Notes under the pieces: generated by a model
What the model was told of the DNA's origin: nothing
What the model saw: the letters and a program-made list of their open reading frames with translations, nothing else
Database searches by the model: none
Shown here: piece after piece, positions 50,003 through 62,028 of the stretch
Layout of the letters: each line of letters starts with the position of its first letter
Numbering within the stretch: position 1 is the first letter of the stretch
Made by a program: the position numbers and the translations under genes
Assembly (NCBI GenBank): GCA_030704615.1
Contig: CM060734.1
Location: 16,988,001-17,052,000 of the forward strand
DNA from: Takakia lepidozioides
Taxonomy: Eukaryota > Plantae > Bryophyta
Direction: 5' to 3'
DNA length: 64,000 bases

Positions 50003-52606
50003 CTATGCCGCAACCTCTTGAGCATAACTCCATGCCTGCTTAGTCAATGACAAGGCCTCATCTTGCCCCATCATCTCATCATTGAGGTTCTCCTCAACCC
50101 GAGAAGAATCCCCAACCTCATCCATCACAGCCGCCTTGGCTGCCAACTCCCTCTGAACCTTGAGCACCTCCCACGTATGCCATGGATGTCTACACCCCGT
50201 GGTCCTCACCGGCTCGCCCCCACTCACTGCCTGTACCGTCTCGGTAGGCAGAGAGACCGTCAAGGGAAGTGCACTCCGCACTCTACGTTGGTCAACCATA
50301 GCCAAGCTGATAATCCAGGTCAAGCAATTTAGATCCATTGCTTGCCCCAACACCTGATGACGTGATGCCTCAGAAAGAGAAGGCACCGCCGTGGTACCAG
50401 TGGAAAAACCCATAGCCCGCTCTCGCTTGTCGGCATTAGGCTCCACTAACTGCTGCAACTGAGCATCCCACAGGAGGCCAGGTCCACTATCCCGGAAAGC
50501 ATGCGATCCTGGGAAGCTGAGCAGTGTAGGTAGTGCTGCTCGTGGTTGACCCACCTTGTTGACCACTGCCAAAGGCGAACGGTCATCGTGTCTCACACGC
50601 TGAGACTGCCTCCCTGTGTCCAAAATGCTATCCACTGTGAGGTGTGCTGGCCGCTGCACCCCATCAAATGCACGCTTAAGCAGTGCGGGTGGCATCAAGT
50701 TAGTCCACCATAACTGTGGACGATGAGTCCGTGACCCCACTACAGCTGCATCTAGCAACACTGCTGACCTAAGCCACGACCGGACTTGATGCACACTGGC
50801 CATCACCCTGGCCCGAGAATCGCCCATCAGTGGCACATTCTCCAAGATGTATGTTGGAGATACAGCCTGATGAAGTTATAAGTGGCGCAAAACCCGCACC
50901 ATCTCCCAAAACAGACCCGACCTCGAGTCTCGCAATCCATTGCCATGCCCGGCTGATGAATGCCCTTGGCAGGGCCAACCTGCCACTACCAAATCAATGG
51001 AGCCAACCCGCTCCAAATCCTGCGCCCCCAGCAAAAAGACGTCTGTTGGCAAGGCCTGCTGATATCCGCAAACTGCAAACACCGGCAACAACTCAGGGTA
51101 CTGCTGCACCAACTGAGCAACATGGCGTAGGGAGACGCATCGTGCAGTCTCATCCCTCTCTACATACAAGTAACGCCGAACTCGTACACCTGCCTGTAGA
51201 ACAACAGCCAATCCGGTGCTGATCCCGCAAAACAAGTCCAGAAGGCAAATGCCTTCATCCGAACACTGCCACACGATCGGTGTGGTGTCCAATGGTGACA
51301 ACTGAGGTGGTCTTGGTGCAATCCCCACACTGTCCTCCTCTCCTGACGGTACAAAAGCCTCTTCCCAGGCTTGTTGCACATGTCGATCAGCAACCCGTTG
51401 CAAATCCTTGCTCGAGCCCCACAATGGAGTGTGAGCAACCATGGTAGATAACTCTGCCATACCATACATGTCATCCTGCTCTGCCGGAGGTGACACATCA
51501 TCTGAATGAGTGTTGTCATCCAACAACTCTCCAGGCCAAGTCACTGCAGCTGTGAATGCTGCCAGTGTTGGCATCTTGCCTCGCTGGGCAACCGCAACTC
51601 CTCCTATGAACGTCATGGGGAGCTGCACACGCCGGCCCTCCCCTGACTGCCATCCAGGCCTATAAGAAGCTGACCCCTCCCAAAAGTCCAGGGTGAAGCC
51701 CATGGGGTACAGCACTGCCCCACCAACAAGGACATCGTACGAGACCGCGTTTCTCACAATGGCCTTGGCTCTCATCATTGAGCCATCTGTAGGATGATCC
51801 GGCTGTAGTCTGATAGCCAACTCACGCCGTGTCATGCTCCGAGCCTGCTCTGATCCTCCCAGCGATGTCTGTATCTGGAAAGGGCACGGCTCCATATCCG
51901 CCTCCGTGAGGCCCAAGCTTGCAATAGCAGCTCTGCCTAGCATCAATGGCTGAGCTCCCGAGTCCAACAAGACCCGCAGTGGCCGGTATCTCTTGCCTGC
52001 CGGTCCACTCAAACAGAAAATGCCATCCTGGTTGTCTAACATGACAACTCCAGGTGTCACCATGGCGCGCTCAATGGCTGGCCTAGCTGGCAGCTCCATC
52101 AACTTGGCAGCTGCAGCTTGCCATGGCGCCGCCGTGGCAGTCTTGACCCTTACATCCGAGGATCCCTCCGGCACTACACCTCCCACTATCTCCGCAGAAG
52201 ATGAAGTAACCTCCCCACTCTCACAGAGTGTAGCTGCCAGTCTGAACACCTCAGCTGGTCTTACCCCCGACGTCACAATCATGGTAGCCGAGAACAATGG
52301 AGTCTGGCACACAGATGTGGCCGCCCCCAACAGCACACTAGTTGCCGTAGCCTTGGCAACACTAGGTAGTGGTGCTGCCCGTGTAGCTCTCCCCAACGAC
52401 ATAATAACCTCCGCCTCGGTAACAGTCGGGCAAGAACTAGGTGCCATGGACGGCGTCGACACTGTCTCCGCCAATGTGAATGACTGAGGAAGCCTGGCCT
52501 GACGGCTTGCCTCCCCACGCTGTGGATCCAACTCCACCTCCGTACCCCGTGGCTTAGGAACTCGTGCTGCTCCTTGAATCACTGCCGCAACTGACTCCAC
52601 TTGCAC
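50003..52606 (-). pseudogene. Aspartic protease + DNMT3-like DNA (cytosine-5) methyltransferase domain
   Basis: VLLDSGAQ (protease); LLDLFCGISTG (motif I), YVERD (II), VAGWPCQGHS (IV), ILENVP (VI), HRPQLWWTN (VIII), RERAMGF (IX), RHQVLGQAM (X). In-frame TAA at 50876 and TAG at 50003. Confidence 0.9.
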
Positions 52607-54064
52607 TAGTGGTAGTGCTGCCCGACACTAGTGGTAGTGGTGCCACACCCACAGTGGTAGTGGTAGTGGTAGTGGCACCCCTCACTAGTGGTAGTGCTGC
52701 CCCGCACATGAATCCCATGCCTCCCATGTCTCCTCCCTCAGGAGCAGGAGGTGGACCATCCGGCCTTGGAGCCGGTACCACCTGAGCTGTGGCCATGGTA
52801 GCGAGCCTCTGCTCTAGCTGCTGAAGCCGGTTGGCCATGCCTTGGTCACTACCCTGACCTCCGCGTCCTTGGCCATGTTGAGCTTGCCCTTGGCCTGCAC
52901 CTCGTGCTTGGCCACCTCGTCCTCTCTGGGCTACTCCACCTCGCCCCCGGCCACCATTGTTCCCTTGGAACTGGCCTGGGCGCAACTCAGGATGCAACCC
53001 ATAGCACTGGGCCTCTCCATGCCCGTGCTTGCCACAATGCCCACACTGCAACTGTGCAGGCTGTGCCGGTGCCAAACCATTGCCTCCCTCTGGGCAATCC
53101 TTCTTGACATGGGGTCCTCCACATGTCCAGCACACCACATCCGCCCGTTGTTGGCCAGCAAATGAAGGGAGAGACCCCTGCATCTGAGGTCCTCTCTGTC
53201 CTTCCCTGGGCTTCACCTGAGCCCCTTTGTTGCCTTAAGTACGTTGAGGTAGTCACTGGCTAGGAGCGCCACTACCCCGTGGTGCCTCCTTAGCAAATCC
53301 TACCATGACCACTCGTTCCTCCACCATGTTGAGCTCTATCCGCTCTGCCAGCAAAAACACATTTGCTAAGGTGGGTTGGGCCGCTTGTAGGAGAGTTGCA
53401 TCCCGCACCCTTCTCCTCAGCTCCTTGTCCAATATCCCATACCAGAACTGGACTGCCTAAGCCTCCGTAACCCCTTGGTTACATTTATCAAGCGCCTCAT
53501 GCGAGTGAAAGCCTCCCTCAAGCTCTCAGTAGGCTTCCGTTGGAACTCTTGCAAGCTCCTCAACTTCTCTGTCCTCACCCCTTGGTAGTTCCTTCTCAAC
53601 TCTTCGAAGAACTCCACAACAGGGTTGAAGGCAGGCACCGCCACTGGTGCTGGTGCAGCAGTAGCTTGGGTGGACGTCGTAGCCTCTGTACCACTAGTCC
53701 CACTGCTGCTCGTGGAAGCTGCCGATGCAGCTGCCTTTGTCCCTCTAGTGATGGAGACATAGTCGGGTGACCAATACATCCTCCACTCCTCGATCTCAAC
53801 ATCGTGCCCCCGCCTAAACTCATGGTAATCATCCATGGGTGGCCCCTCAAGGTGCTGAAACAGCCCCTTCCATGCCATGAAAGGCGTAAACAATTGTGGA
53901 TTGCGCATTTGCTGCAAGTCACACCAACTATCAAACTCTTGGATAAAATCATCCAACTCAATGGTGCCCACCGCCCCAGAGTACCTACGTGGCCCCTTGG
54001 TGGCTCTATACATCTCCTCCATTGTGTCCCACAACAATGGCAAGGAAACAACTTGCACCGCCAA
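52554..54064 (-). pseudogene. gag: Gag with two CCHC-type knuckles
   Basis: ELDDFIQEFDSWC...FQRKPTESLREAFTR; CWTCGGPHVKKDC; CGHCGKHGHGEAQC. Contains stops. Confidence 0.75.
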
Positions 54065-56458
54065 TGTGAGTTCTCATGATTCACATTCCGAATCAGAACC
54101 TTCCGTAGAAGACACATGAGGTGAAGGTGGCCTAAACCGCACACCCTGTCTCGTATACCCGCTAGTATCGCTAGTGCTCGTATCGGCACTTTCCCCAACA
54201 ACTAGTGGCACCTCCGTGTTGACAAACTGACACTCAACCGGTCATGAACCTGTCTCTAACCCCCTCTCCACAAGGTATCCGGGTAGAGAACCTGATGCGG
54301 CTTATGGTTTGGAATACCAGGTTCCTAACATAGCCTGCACTTGCACCTGCATCCACCGCAGTCACTCCTATGGTTGGCTGGTCATCACCTCCAACCTCAC
54401 CACAGGAGAAACAAAGATGGTCTGACTGGTCATCAACCCAGCCTCACCATCGACAACATGCTCTAGGGTGGGATCGGCGATCAAGCCCGAGTCCACCACC
54501 TATAAAATCAAGCGCCCACACAAAACTAGCATGGCGCACAATCAAGCATGCAGGTGTGGAGGGGATCCAAACACAAGAATGAAAACAACAACTCCCCCAC
54601 ACCAAAAATCTCTCCACAGTGTCGCTCCTGCAACCCAGCCCAAACCCGGACTGACTCTTGCCTCCACCTACGGAAAGGTCTCGGCCTACAGAGAAGGTGG
54701 AAAGCTACGAGGAAGGGAAGCTAAAGCAATGCCTATCCCCAGCACGCTCTCATCCCAACACCTTTTTTTTTTTTCCTCTTTTCTCTCACTTACATGACCA
54801 TGAGAGCATCTTGTAGACACTCCTCAAACCGCCCTCCACAAGCTAATGAAACTTCGCCTCCAAGGCCCCATGCAAAGCCTCCACAGGGTCCGCCAGTGCC
54901 TCCTCTTGTCCACCGGTCATTCCTCAGAGTGGAACCACCTCAGGAAACCACGCCGTTCATTGAAGGTTCAAAAAATGGAGCAAATAGAGGTACATATAGG
55001 CCCCAACAACATTCTGTCCAAAGGAATTACCTGCAGGCTGGTCTTCCCCATAGTTAAGAATTGGGCTGAAAACCCGAAAAGATTACCTGCAGGGAAATAA
55101 TCCCCTTTGTTAAAACGCAACAGGGAGGCAATTCCGACTTTTCTGCCGGATCAGCTAGCTCAAAACCGTTGTTCTTTAGAGCCCAGCCTCCCCATCAGTC
55201 CCACGAAACGAGTGAAAAAAGTTTTTTTTTTTTTTTTTTTTTCACTTTGCCTGTTCGCGGCCTTCCGTGGCTCCAACCGCCACGACTCCTCACGGCCCGC
55301 CCTAGGCGCTCGTTGGCCACGGGCTGCCCAGTGATACCCCGTGGTACCACCCCACGAGCCTTCACGGCCCGCCATCCCACGATCTGGTCACCGTGCCCAC
55401 CCGTTGTGTCCGCACCACGACTTCCAACGGTTACGGTCAATGGTCACGGTCAACATCACGACCTGGGCTCGTGGTATCTCGTGATACCGCCCCAACGGCC
55501 CATCACGACCACTATTCCCTGCGTTCCCTGGAACTCCCAACGAGTTCTCATGACGTTCCCGGCGTTCCCACGTTCCCGAGCTCTTCCCGAGCTGGGGTTT
55601 GCTCCTGCACCTGCTGCCGACGAGCTATGGCTTTGCGGAGCCATCAGCCCCGTCGCCCTGCACTCCTGAGCTCTCACGGCCCACTAGAAGTGCCCCAACT
55701 CAACAAGCAAGCTATATGCTGCCCAACAAGCTCCATTTTCTTCATGAAGCTCACAAAAACAAATCTGAAAATACACACTTTACAAACTTGGTGCACCTGC
55801 ACTTCTCATGCATCTCCCTTGGCTCTAGGGCGCCTCGTTGCTGCCTTTCCAGCCCCGCTCTTGCCACTCCAAGAGCCCTTACACTGCTGAGTTTCAGATT
55901 GAAACTCCAACTCAGCACATGCTTCACAAGTGCACTGATTTGCACACAAGAGGGACCAGCCCCCTCTCTTCACTCATACCTCTTCATGAGCTTGGAGCTG
56001 AAGCTCCCAACGGGCTGCGATGCATCCCCTCGCAGCTCCACCATTCGGCTGCTCCTCATCTACCCGCAACAACTAGTTTCGGGCAGAAATACCTGGAGCT
56101 GATCATATCATCTCCAACCTGCAAAATGCTAGCTTCCCATGCGCAGCCCACATTCCTGCAGCTCCTTAACTCGGCCTGCAATTGAAGAAGACGACCACCA
56201 GTTCGCCCACTCGTGGCCAGCATCTCCTCCGCTTCACACTAGAAGCCCAAACTTGGTTGCCATAGCGTTGAGCTATGCAACGCCGCTCTTCAACATAGGC
56301 TACCCGCCTCTCTATCAATTGCAGGTTTGCACTCTATCCACTGGATAGGCTCATGCACGGATCCCTGCACTCTAGGCTGAACCGCTTCTCATGAAAACAC
56401 AAGTGCTACAAAACAACTCGAACCTGGCACTCACAGACTTGAGCTGATCTTTCTCGAG

Positions 56459-56775
56459 TGATAAAGAAAGGAATAATACAAGCACACAAGCTCTCTCAAA
56501 CTCACATACTTGCACATGAAAACATCACTCATATATTAAGTCGAGCCAAGTGCACCCCACGCCATGGGGAATCCACACTACGGCGCCATAGCTAGACGCG
56601 GTGAGGCTCAACTCCAGAAAGATGAGCCCACCACGATCTGCCGTGAAGATAACAACGCCAGATGCCCAAACATGTATTGGCCCCTGGATTGACACTTGGG
56701 TCAATCCCAAATGTCAATATATAAAAGCTAGCTATTTCCTAGCTAACTTCACACTAGTGGTAAAATAACTTGACA
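56459..56775 (-). repeat. 5' LTR of the DNMT-Gypsy
   Basis: TG...CA termini, delimited by homology to 188-514. Confidence 0.7.
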
Positions 56776-57114
56776 ATGCGCTCCAGATGATTTAGGGATG
56801 GACGGAACCGGGATGAAGTCTGGATGAATTTACACCTTGCGCATGAGGATGAGCTGGCAATAGCTTATGACTTTATTAGGTGCTGTCTTATTCTAACAAC
56901 TATTTTAGGATTAGATTAGGATGGATCTGGGTGATCTGGCTTCTTTCTATGGCTATGCTGGAAGGGCATCTGACTGACCTATATGTAAGTGCCACGCGAC
57001 ACTAGGATTAGATTACGACCTAATACTATTTAAGCTCCACTGCCGTGGTAGTGGAGGTGGTGGATTTTGGATCTTACGCGAGTGTACGTTTGGTGTAAAG
57101 GTGTGCTTGAGTGT

Positions 57115-58600
57115 GTAGACCAAGGTGTAGCTCAAGGATGTACTCTCTCCCCTCTGCTCTTCAATGTTTTCATCAATCAACTCCTCGAGGATGTGGAAAG
57201 TGAGGGATTTGGGTTAAGGGTGGGTGATACCACCATACCAGCCCTTATCTTTGCAGATGACTTCGCAGGCAAAGGGGAGACTCCAACCAATCTCCAGGAG
57301 TTGATTGATTGCACGAAGAGATACTTTGATCTTTGGGGGCTAGAGGCTAATGTCAGCAAATGTGCAGTGGTGCATTCAACGACAGAGGAGAGGGAGGAAG
57401 TGATCTTAAGTGGCAGTGGGGTAGCCAAGAGATCCCGGTCCTCCCTTCCTACACTTACCTGGGCATTGAGTTCTCCTCCAATTGTAATTGGGATGCACAT
57501 ATCCGGAAAGTTGTTCAAACTGGCAAGGGCAAAGCTCTGGGCTCACTAAATTTTTCCACTGCAGAGGGGTCAACTCTGAGGTTAAGAAAACCATGCTTTG
57601 TCGTGTTATTAGACCTGCCTTGGAGTACGGATCTGCTATATGGGTTGATAACTCCAACCAGGCTAAGTCTCTAGAATCCATTCAAGTGGGGGTGCTTAAG
57701 GAGTGTACGTCAGCATGCTCCAAAACAGCCAATGTGGCTGTTCGGGGTGAGTTTGGCATTCCGTCCTTAAGCTCCCGACGAGATGAATTCAAGGTCAGAT
57801 GGTGGGTCAGCTGCAACATATGCCCAACACCAGATATCCTAAATTAATCGACTCTATATCTTGGAAACAGGACCGCCCTGTCAAACAGGCTAAGTCTTGG
57901 CAGAAGAGAGTAGAAGAGATCCTCAAGGACCTGGACCAGGATCCGTCTTCACCCTGCTGGATAAATCTGACTTAGAGGCTGTAGTATCCTCAGCCATGTC
58001 TGTTGCCATGAGATTGTCTGATGAAAATGAAGTTAGGCAAAAAACTTCCCTGAACTTGTTTCCAGTCTGTGACATGGGGGAGGACATCTTGGATGACCTC
58101 AAGGGTCTACCCACTCTCGGCACTAGACTGAAATTTAAACTCAGGGCAGGAAGCCTACCTTTGAACAACAAACAGAAGCAGAGAGGAAAGGGAGAGTGCA
58201 ATTGCCCGTTGTGTGGGCAATCTGAAGACAGTATTCATTTTCTAATACACTGTCCGGGGTTCTCTCACCAAAGAGACGCTCTCTTCAAATCTATTAAAAG
58301 AATTGTGCCTGTACCCCTGTTTACCAACTTTGAAAGTCTCGAGGCTGAGCCAAAAGCCCAGGCCCTCCTGAGGCCTAGTTTTTGGGCAAATCACACACAA
58401 TTGATTGATGCTTGTGTGAAGGGATTTCTAGAGGATATATGGAAAACCCGGATTAATTTTTTATATGGAGGTAAGTCTTACTACCAACGTCAGCCCCTGA
58501 CAGAGGTAGGTTCTGTCCCTTTTGTTCCCGCTCAAACTGGGCGCAGGGTCAATGGCCACAAGGCTACGGCAAACAACGTCTTATGAGTACAATCTCTCTC
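57115..58600 (+). mobile_element. LINE ORF2 3' half (RT C-terminal part + CCHC finger), copy 1
   Basis: GVAQGCTLSPLLFNVFI, LIFADD, YTYLG, CPLCGQSEDSIHFLIHC. Frameshifted. Confidence 0.9.
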
Positions 58601-58604
58601 TGCA

Positions 58605-59530
58605 AATAGATGCACATATTCAAAAAGTTGTTCAATCTGGAAACTGGGTCTCATTAAATTTTTCCACTGCAGAGGGATGAACTCTGAAGTAAGAAAATCC
58701 ATGCTTGGCCACGTTATTAGGGCTGCCTTGGAGTACACATCTGCAGTATGGGTTTAACTCCAACCAAGCTAAGTCTCTAGAATCCATTCAAGTGGGGGTG
58801 CTTGAGGAGTGCATGTCAGCGTGCTCCAGAACAGCCAACGTGGCTGTTCGGGGTGAGTTTGGCATCCCTTCCTTAAGCTCCCAACGAGATGAATTCCAGG
58901 TCAGATGGTGGGGTCAGCTGTAACGTATGTCTAATATCAGATATCCTAAGTTAATCGACTCTATATCTTGGAAGCAGGATCGCCCTGTCAAACAGGCTAA
59001 TTCATGGCGGAAGAGAGTAGAAGAGATTCTCAAGGATCTGAATCTAAGCCCGCAAGTCCTGCTGGGTAAATAGTGTCCAAAGCCATGTCTGTTGCCACGA
59101 AATTGTCTGATGAAAATGAAGTGGCAGAGAACTTCCCTGAACTTGTTTCCATTCTGTGACATGGGAGAGGCCATCATGGATGACCTCAAGGGTTTACCCA
59201 CCCTCGGCACTAGACTGAAATTTAAACTCAGGGCAGGAAGCCTACCTTTGAACAGCAAACAGATGCAGAGAGGAAAGAGGGATTGCAATTGCCCGTTTTG
59301 TGGGCAACCTGAAGACAATATTCATTTTCTGATTCGTTGTTCTGGGTACTCTCATATTAGAGACGCCCTCTTCAAATCCATCAAGGGAATTCTGCCTGAA
59401 CCTCTGTTTATTTTGGGGCCTAGTTATTGGGCAAACCACGCACAACAGATTGATGCTTGTGTGAAGGGATGGAAAACTCGGATTAATAGTCTGTTGCAAG
59501 GCAAGTCATGCTACCGGCGTATGAGTACAT
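58605..59530 (+). mobile_element. LINE 3' fragment, copy 2 (more diverged, with deletions)
   Basis: Colinear with 57490-58590; CPFCGQPEDNIHFLIRC. Confidence 0.85.
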
Positions 59531-60681
59531 TCTATGCAAATAGAAAATTCCAAATAGAGGAAAAACAAGCTTTCTTATGAAAACAGGGGAGTGTTTTTAA
59601 AGCTGCAAATAAGCAGCACAATGCATAGTAAGTTTTTGACCCAAATTGATAAATGTCAACTGTGAGAGCACCACCTTCGAGCGACTCCAAATGATTTTGA
59701 GAGAAACAAGATGAGCCAAATCTCCTAAAATCGGAACGTATTGTGTGCTAGCAATCCAGCTCCCAGCAGTGCCAGCCCCGGCACCGTACCCTGATTTGTT
59801 TCCGCCATTGCAACCTTTATCGATCTATGTCACATCCACACCACCCCCCACACCATTTCAAGCTTTAGATCAAGAAGTTACCCGGACAAATACAAATCTG
59901 ATCCAGCTCCAAATAACCCCCACTGCACATACCTAACACTCTAAGGGTGAATGTAGGGTGGAAAGTCCACTATGTGGCCTACACACAAAGTCCCAAGGTT
60001 TTTCAAAATTTTGATTTGATGGTTATGGAAAAATTATAGTCGCTAGATTCATCCATGCTGAAAGATATGAACCATCTAAAGTTGACAATAACAGACACTA
60101 TGGCATTATTTCTATTTTTCCTATTACAAGATATTATTTCTGTTTTTTATTTTATTTCCTATATTTTATATTTTCGTTATATCACATAGTGGGACTCGGG
60201 CTACTCTTCATCAATATATGAATCGAGAGACAGTTGTTTTGTTTGTTTCTTTGTTTGTTTATAGCATCGTTGAGATCTCCCAAACCGCGGGCCAAGCCCC
60301 GGTGCTTTTTGCCGTTGGAAAGCCCTCGAGGAGGAGGGGTGCACCCGCTTGGTCTCATGATTTTTAGACCCGCGGTGTGGGAGATGGGGAATTTTGAGTC
60401 CTTAGGGTCGCTGGAAATTCGGGAAAAATAGCAAAGTGGGCTTTCCTGGAGCAGTGATTGGCCCTTCACGTGGGAAATGTGGAATTTCAAGTACTTGATA
60501 TATATATAAAGCCTTGACAGGGGTGTGAAGCCTGATTCCGGCGCTATGGGTTTGTTCCCCTTCCTCTACCCGACTTAATCCTATAAAGGGGGATGTAGTC
60601 GATAGATGGGCCTGGCAGAGAAGACGGAATCTCACGAAGAGGACGCAACAAAGTCGAACATCCAAAACACATTCTTGTCAA

Positions 60682-61372
60682 AGAAGTAGAAGACATCCTC
60701 AAGGACCTGGACCTGGATCCGCAAGTCTTGACCCTGCTGGATAAATCTGACTTAGAGGCTGTAGTATCCTCAGCCATGTCTGTTGCCATGAGATTGTCTG
60801 ATGAAAATGAAGTTAGGCAAAAAACTTCCCTGAACTTGTTTCCAGTCTGTGACATGGGGGAGGACATCTTGGATGACCTCAAGGGTCTACCCACTCTCGG
60901 CACTAGACTGAAATTTAAACTCAGGGCAGGAAGCCTACCTTTGAACAACAAACAGAAGCAGAGAGGAAAGGGAGAGTGCAATTGCCCGTTGTGTGGGCAA
61001 TCTGAAGACAGTATTCATTTTCTAATACACTGTCCGGGGTTCTCTCACCAAAGAGCCGCTCTCTTCAAATCTATTAAGGGAATTGTGCCTGTACCCTGTT
61101 TACCAACTTTGAAAGTCTCGAGGCTGAGCCAAAAGCCCAGGCCCTCCTGAGGCCTAGTTTTTGGGCAAATCACACACAATTGATTGATGCTTGTGTGAAG
61201 GGATTTCTAGAGGATATATGGAAAACCCGGATTAATTTTTTATATGGAGGTAAGTCTTACTACCAACGTCAGCCCCTGACAGAGGTAGGTTCTGTCCCTT
61301 TTGTTCCCGCTCAAACTGGGCGCGGGGTCAATGGCCACAAGGCTACGGCAAACAACGTCTTATGAGTACAAT
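60682..61372 (+). mobile_element. LINE 3' fragment, copy 3 (near-identical to copy 1)
   Basis: Matches 57905-58593 almost base for base and ends TTATGAGTACAAT. Confidence 0.9.
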
Positions 61373-61992
61373 ACGTCAAAGAAGTTGGACTTCTGTCCGT
61401 TAACAGTGACACAGCTTTTGGTGTGAGCATACAAGTTGTGGACAACTCTCCACATCTTTCCCTCGATCCCACAAGACCAGAGGCGGAACCATAGGCCATC
61501 TCTCCACACTGTGTCATAAGCCTTTTTGACATCCAGGAAAAAGACATAAGTGGGTTTCCCTTCTTTTTTCCTTCCCTGGATAATCTGGCTTAGAGTGAAG
61601 ATATGATCCACACAGCCCCTGTTTCGCCGAAAGCCAGCTTGGCCTTCGTGGAAACAACGTCTAGACTCCAGATCAACCTCGAGACGAGTACTTATAACTC
61701 TGCAGAATGTCTTGCCAACAGCATTGAGGAGTGTGATGCCACGGTAGTTCCCCGGTTCTTCTCCGTCACCCTTCTTGTATAGATTGACAATGACCCCCTG
61801 TCGCCAGCGAAAGGGGATCATTTCAGTCTTCCAGATAAGGTTAAAGAGGAGAACTAGGGCCTCTATCATGGGATCGCCACCGTGCTTGATAAGCTCGTTG
61901 ACAATACCATCAGGTCCACCAGCTTTATATCCATTTAAATGTTCAATTGCTTCCACAATCTCAGAAGAACTAATGGGAGCATTATAAGCCAT
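61372..61992 (-). mobile_element. LINE RT N-terminal part, inverted
   Basis: KAGGPDGI, YKKGD..EPGNYRGITLL, QAGFR, FLDVKKAYDTV. Confidence 0.9.
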
Positions 61993-62004
61993 TGAAATAT
62001 TTGC

Positions 62005-62028
62005 AGAGAGAGAGAGAGAGAGAGAGAG
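62005..62028. repeat. (GA)n microsatellite
   Basis: Direct read of the sequence. Confidence 0.9.

Larger units (their letters stand above)
47968..56775 (-). mobile_element. Ty3/Gypsy element encoding a C5 cytosine methyltransferase (integrase and 3' LTR missing)
   Basis: LTR 56459-56775, long leader, gag 53417-54064, knuckles 52554-53216, then PR-DNMT-RT-RH. Confidence 0.88.

Noticed and set aside
188-56775. One giant LTR element bounded by LTRs 188-514 and 56459-56775
   Set aside because: The LTRs are substantially diverged, there is no TSD (ACAAA vs ATGCG), and no PPT lies next to 514. More likely two separate family members.
59600-60680. Non-autonomous repeat or gene between LINE copies
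   Set aside because: Looks repeat-derived, but I found no second copy, termini or coding motif in this window to support a call.
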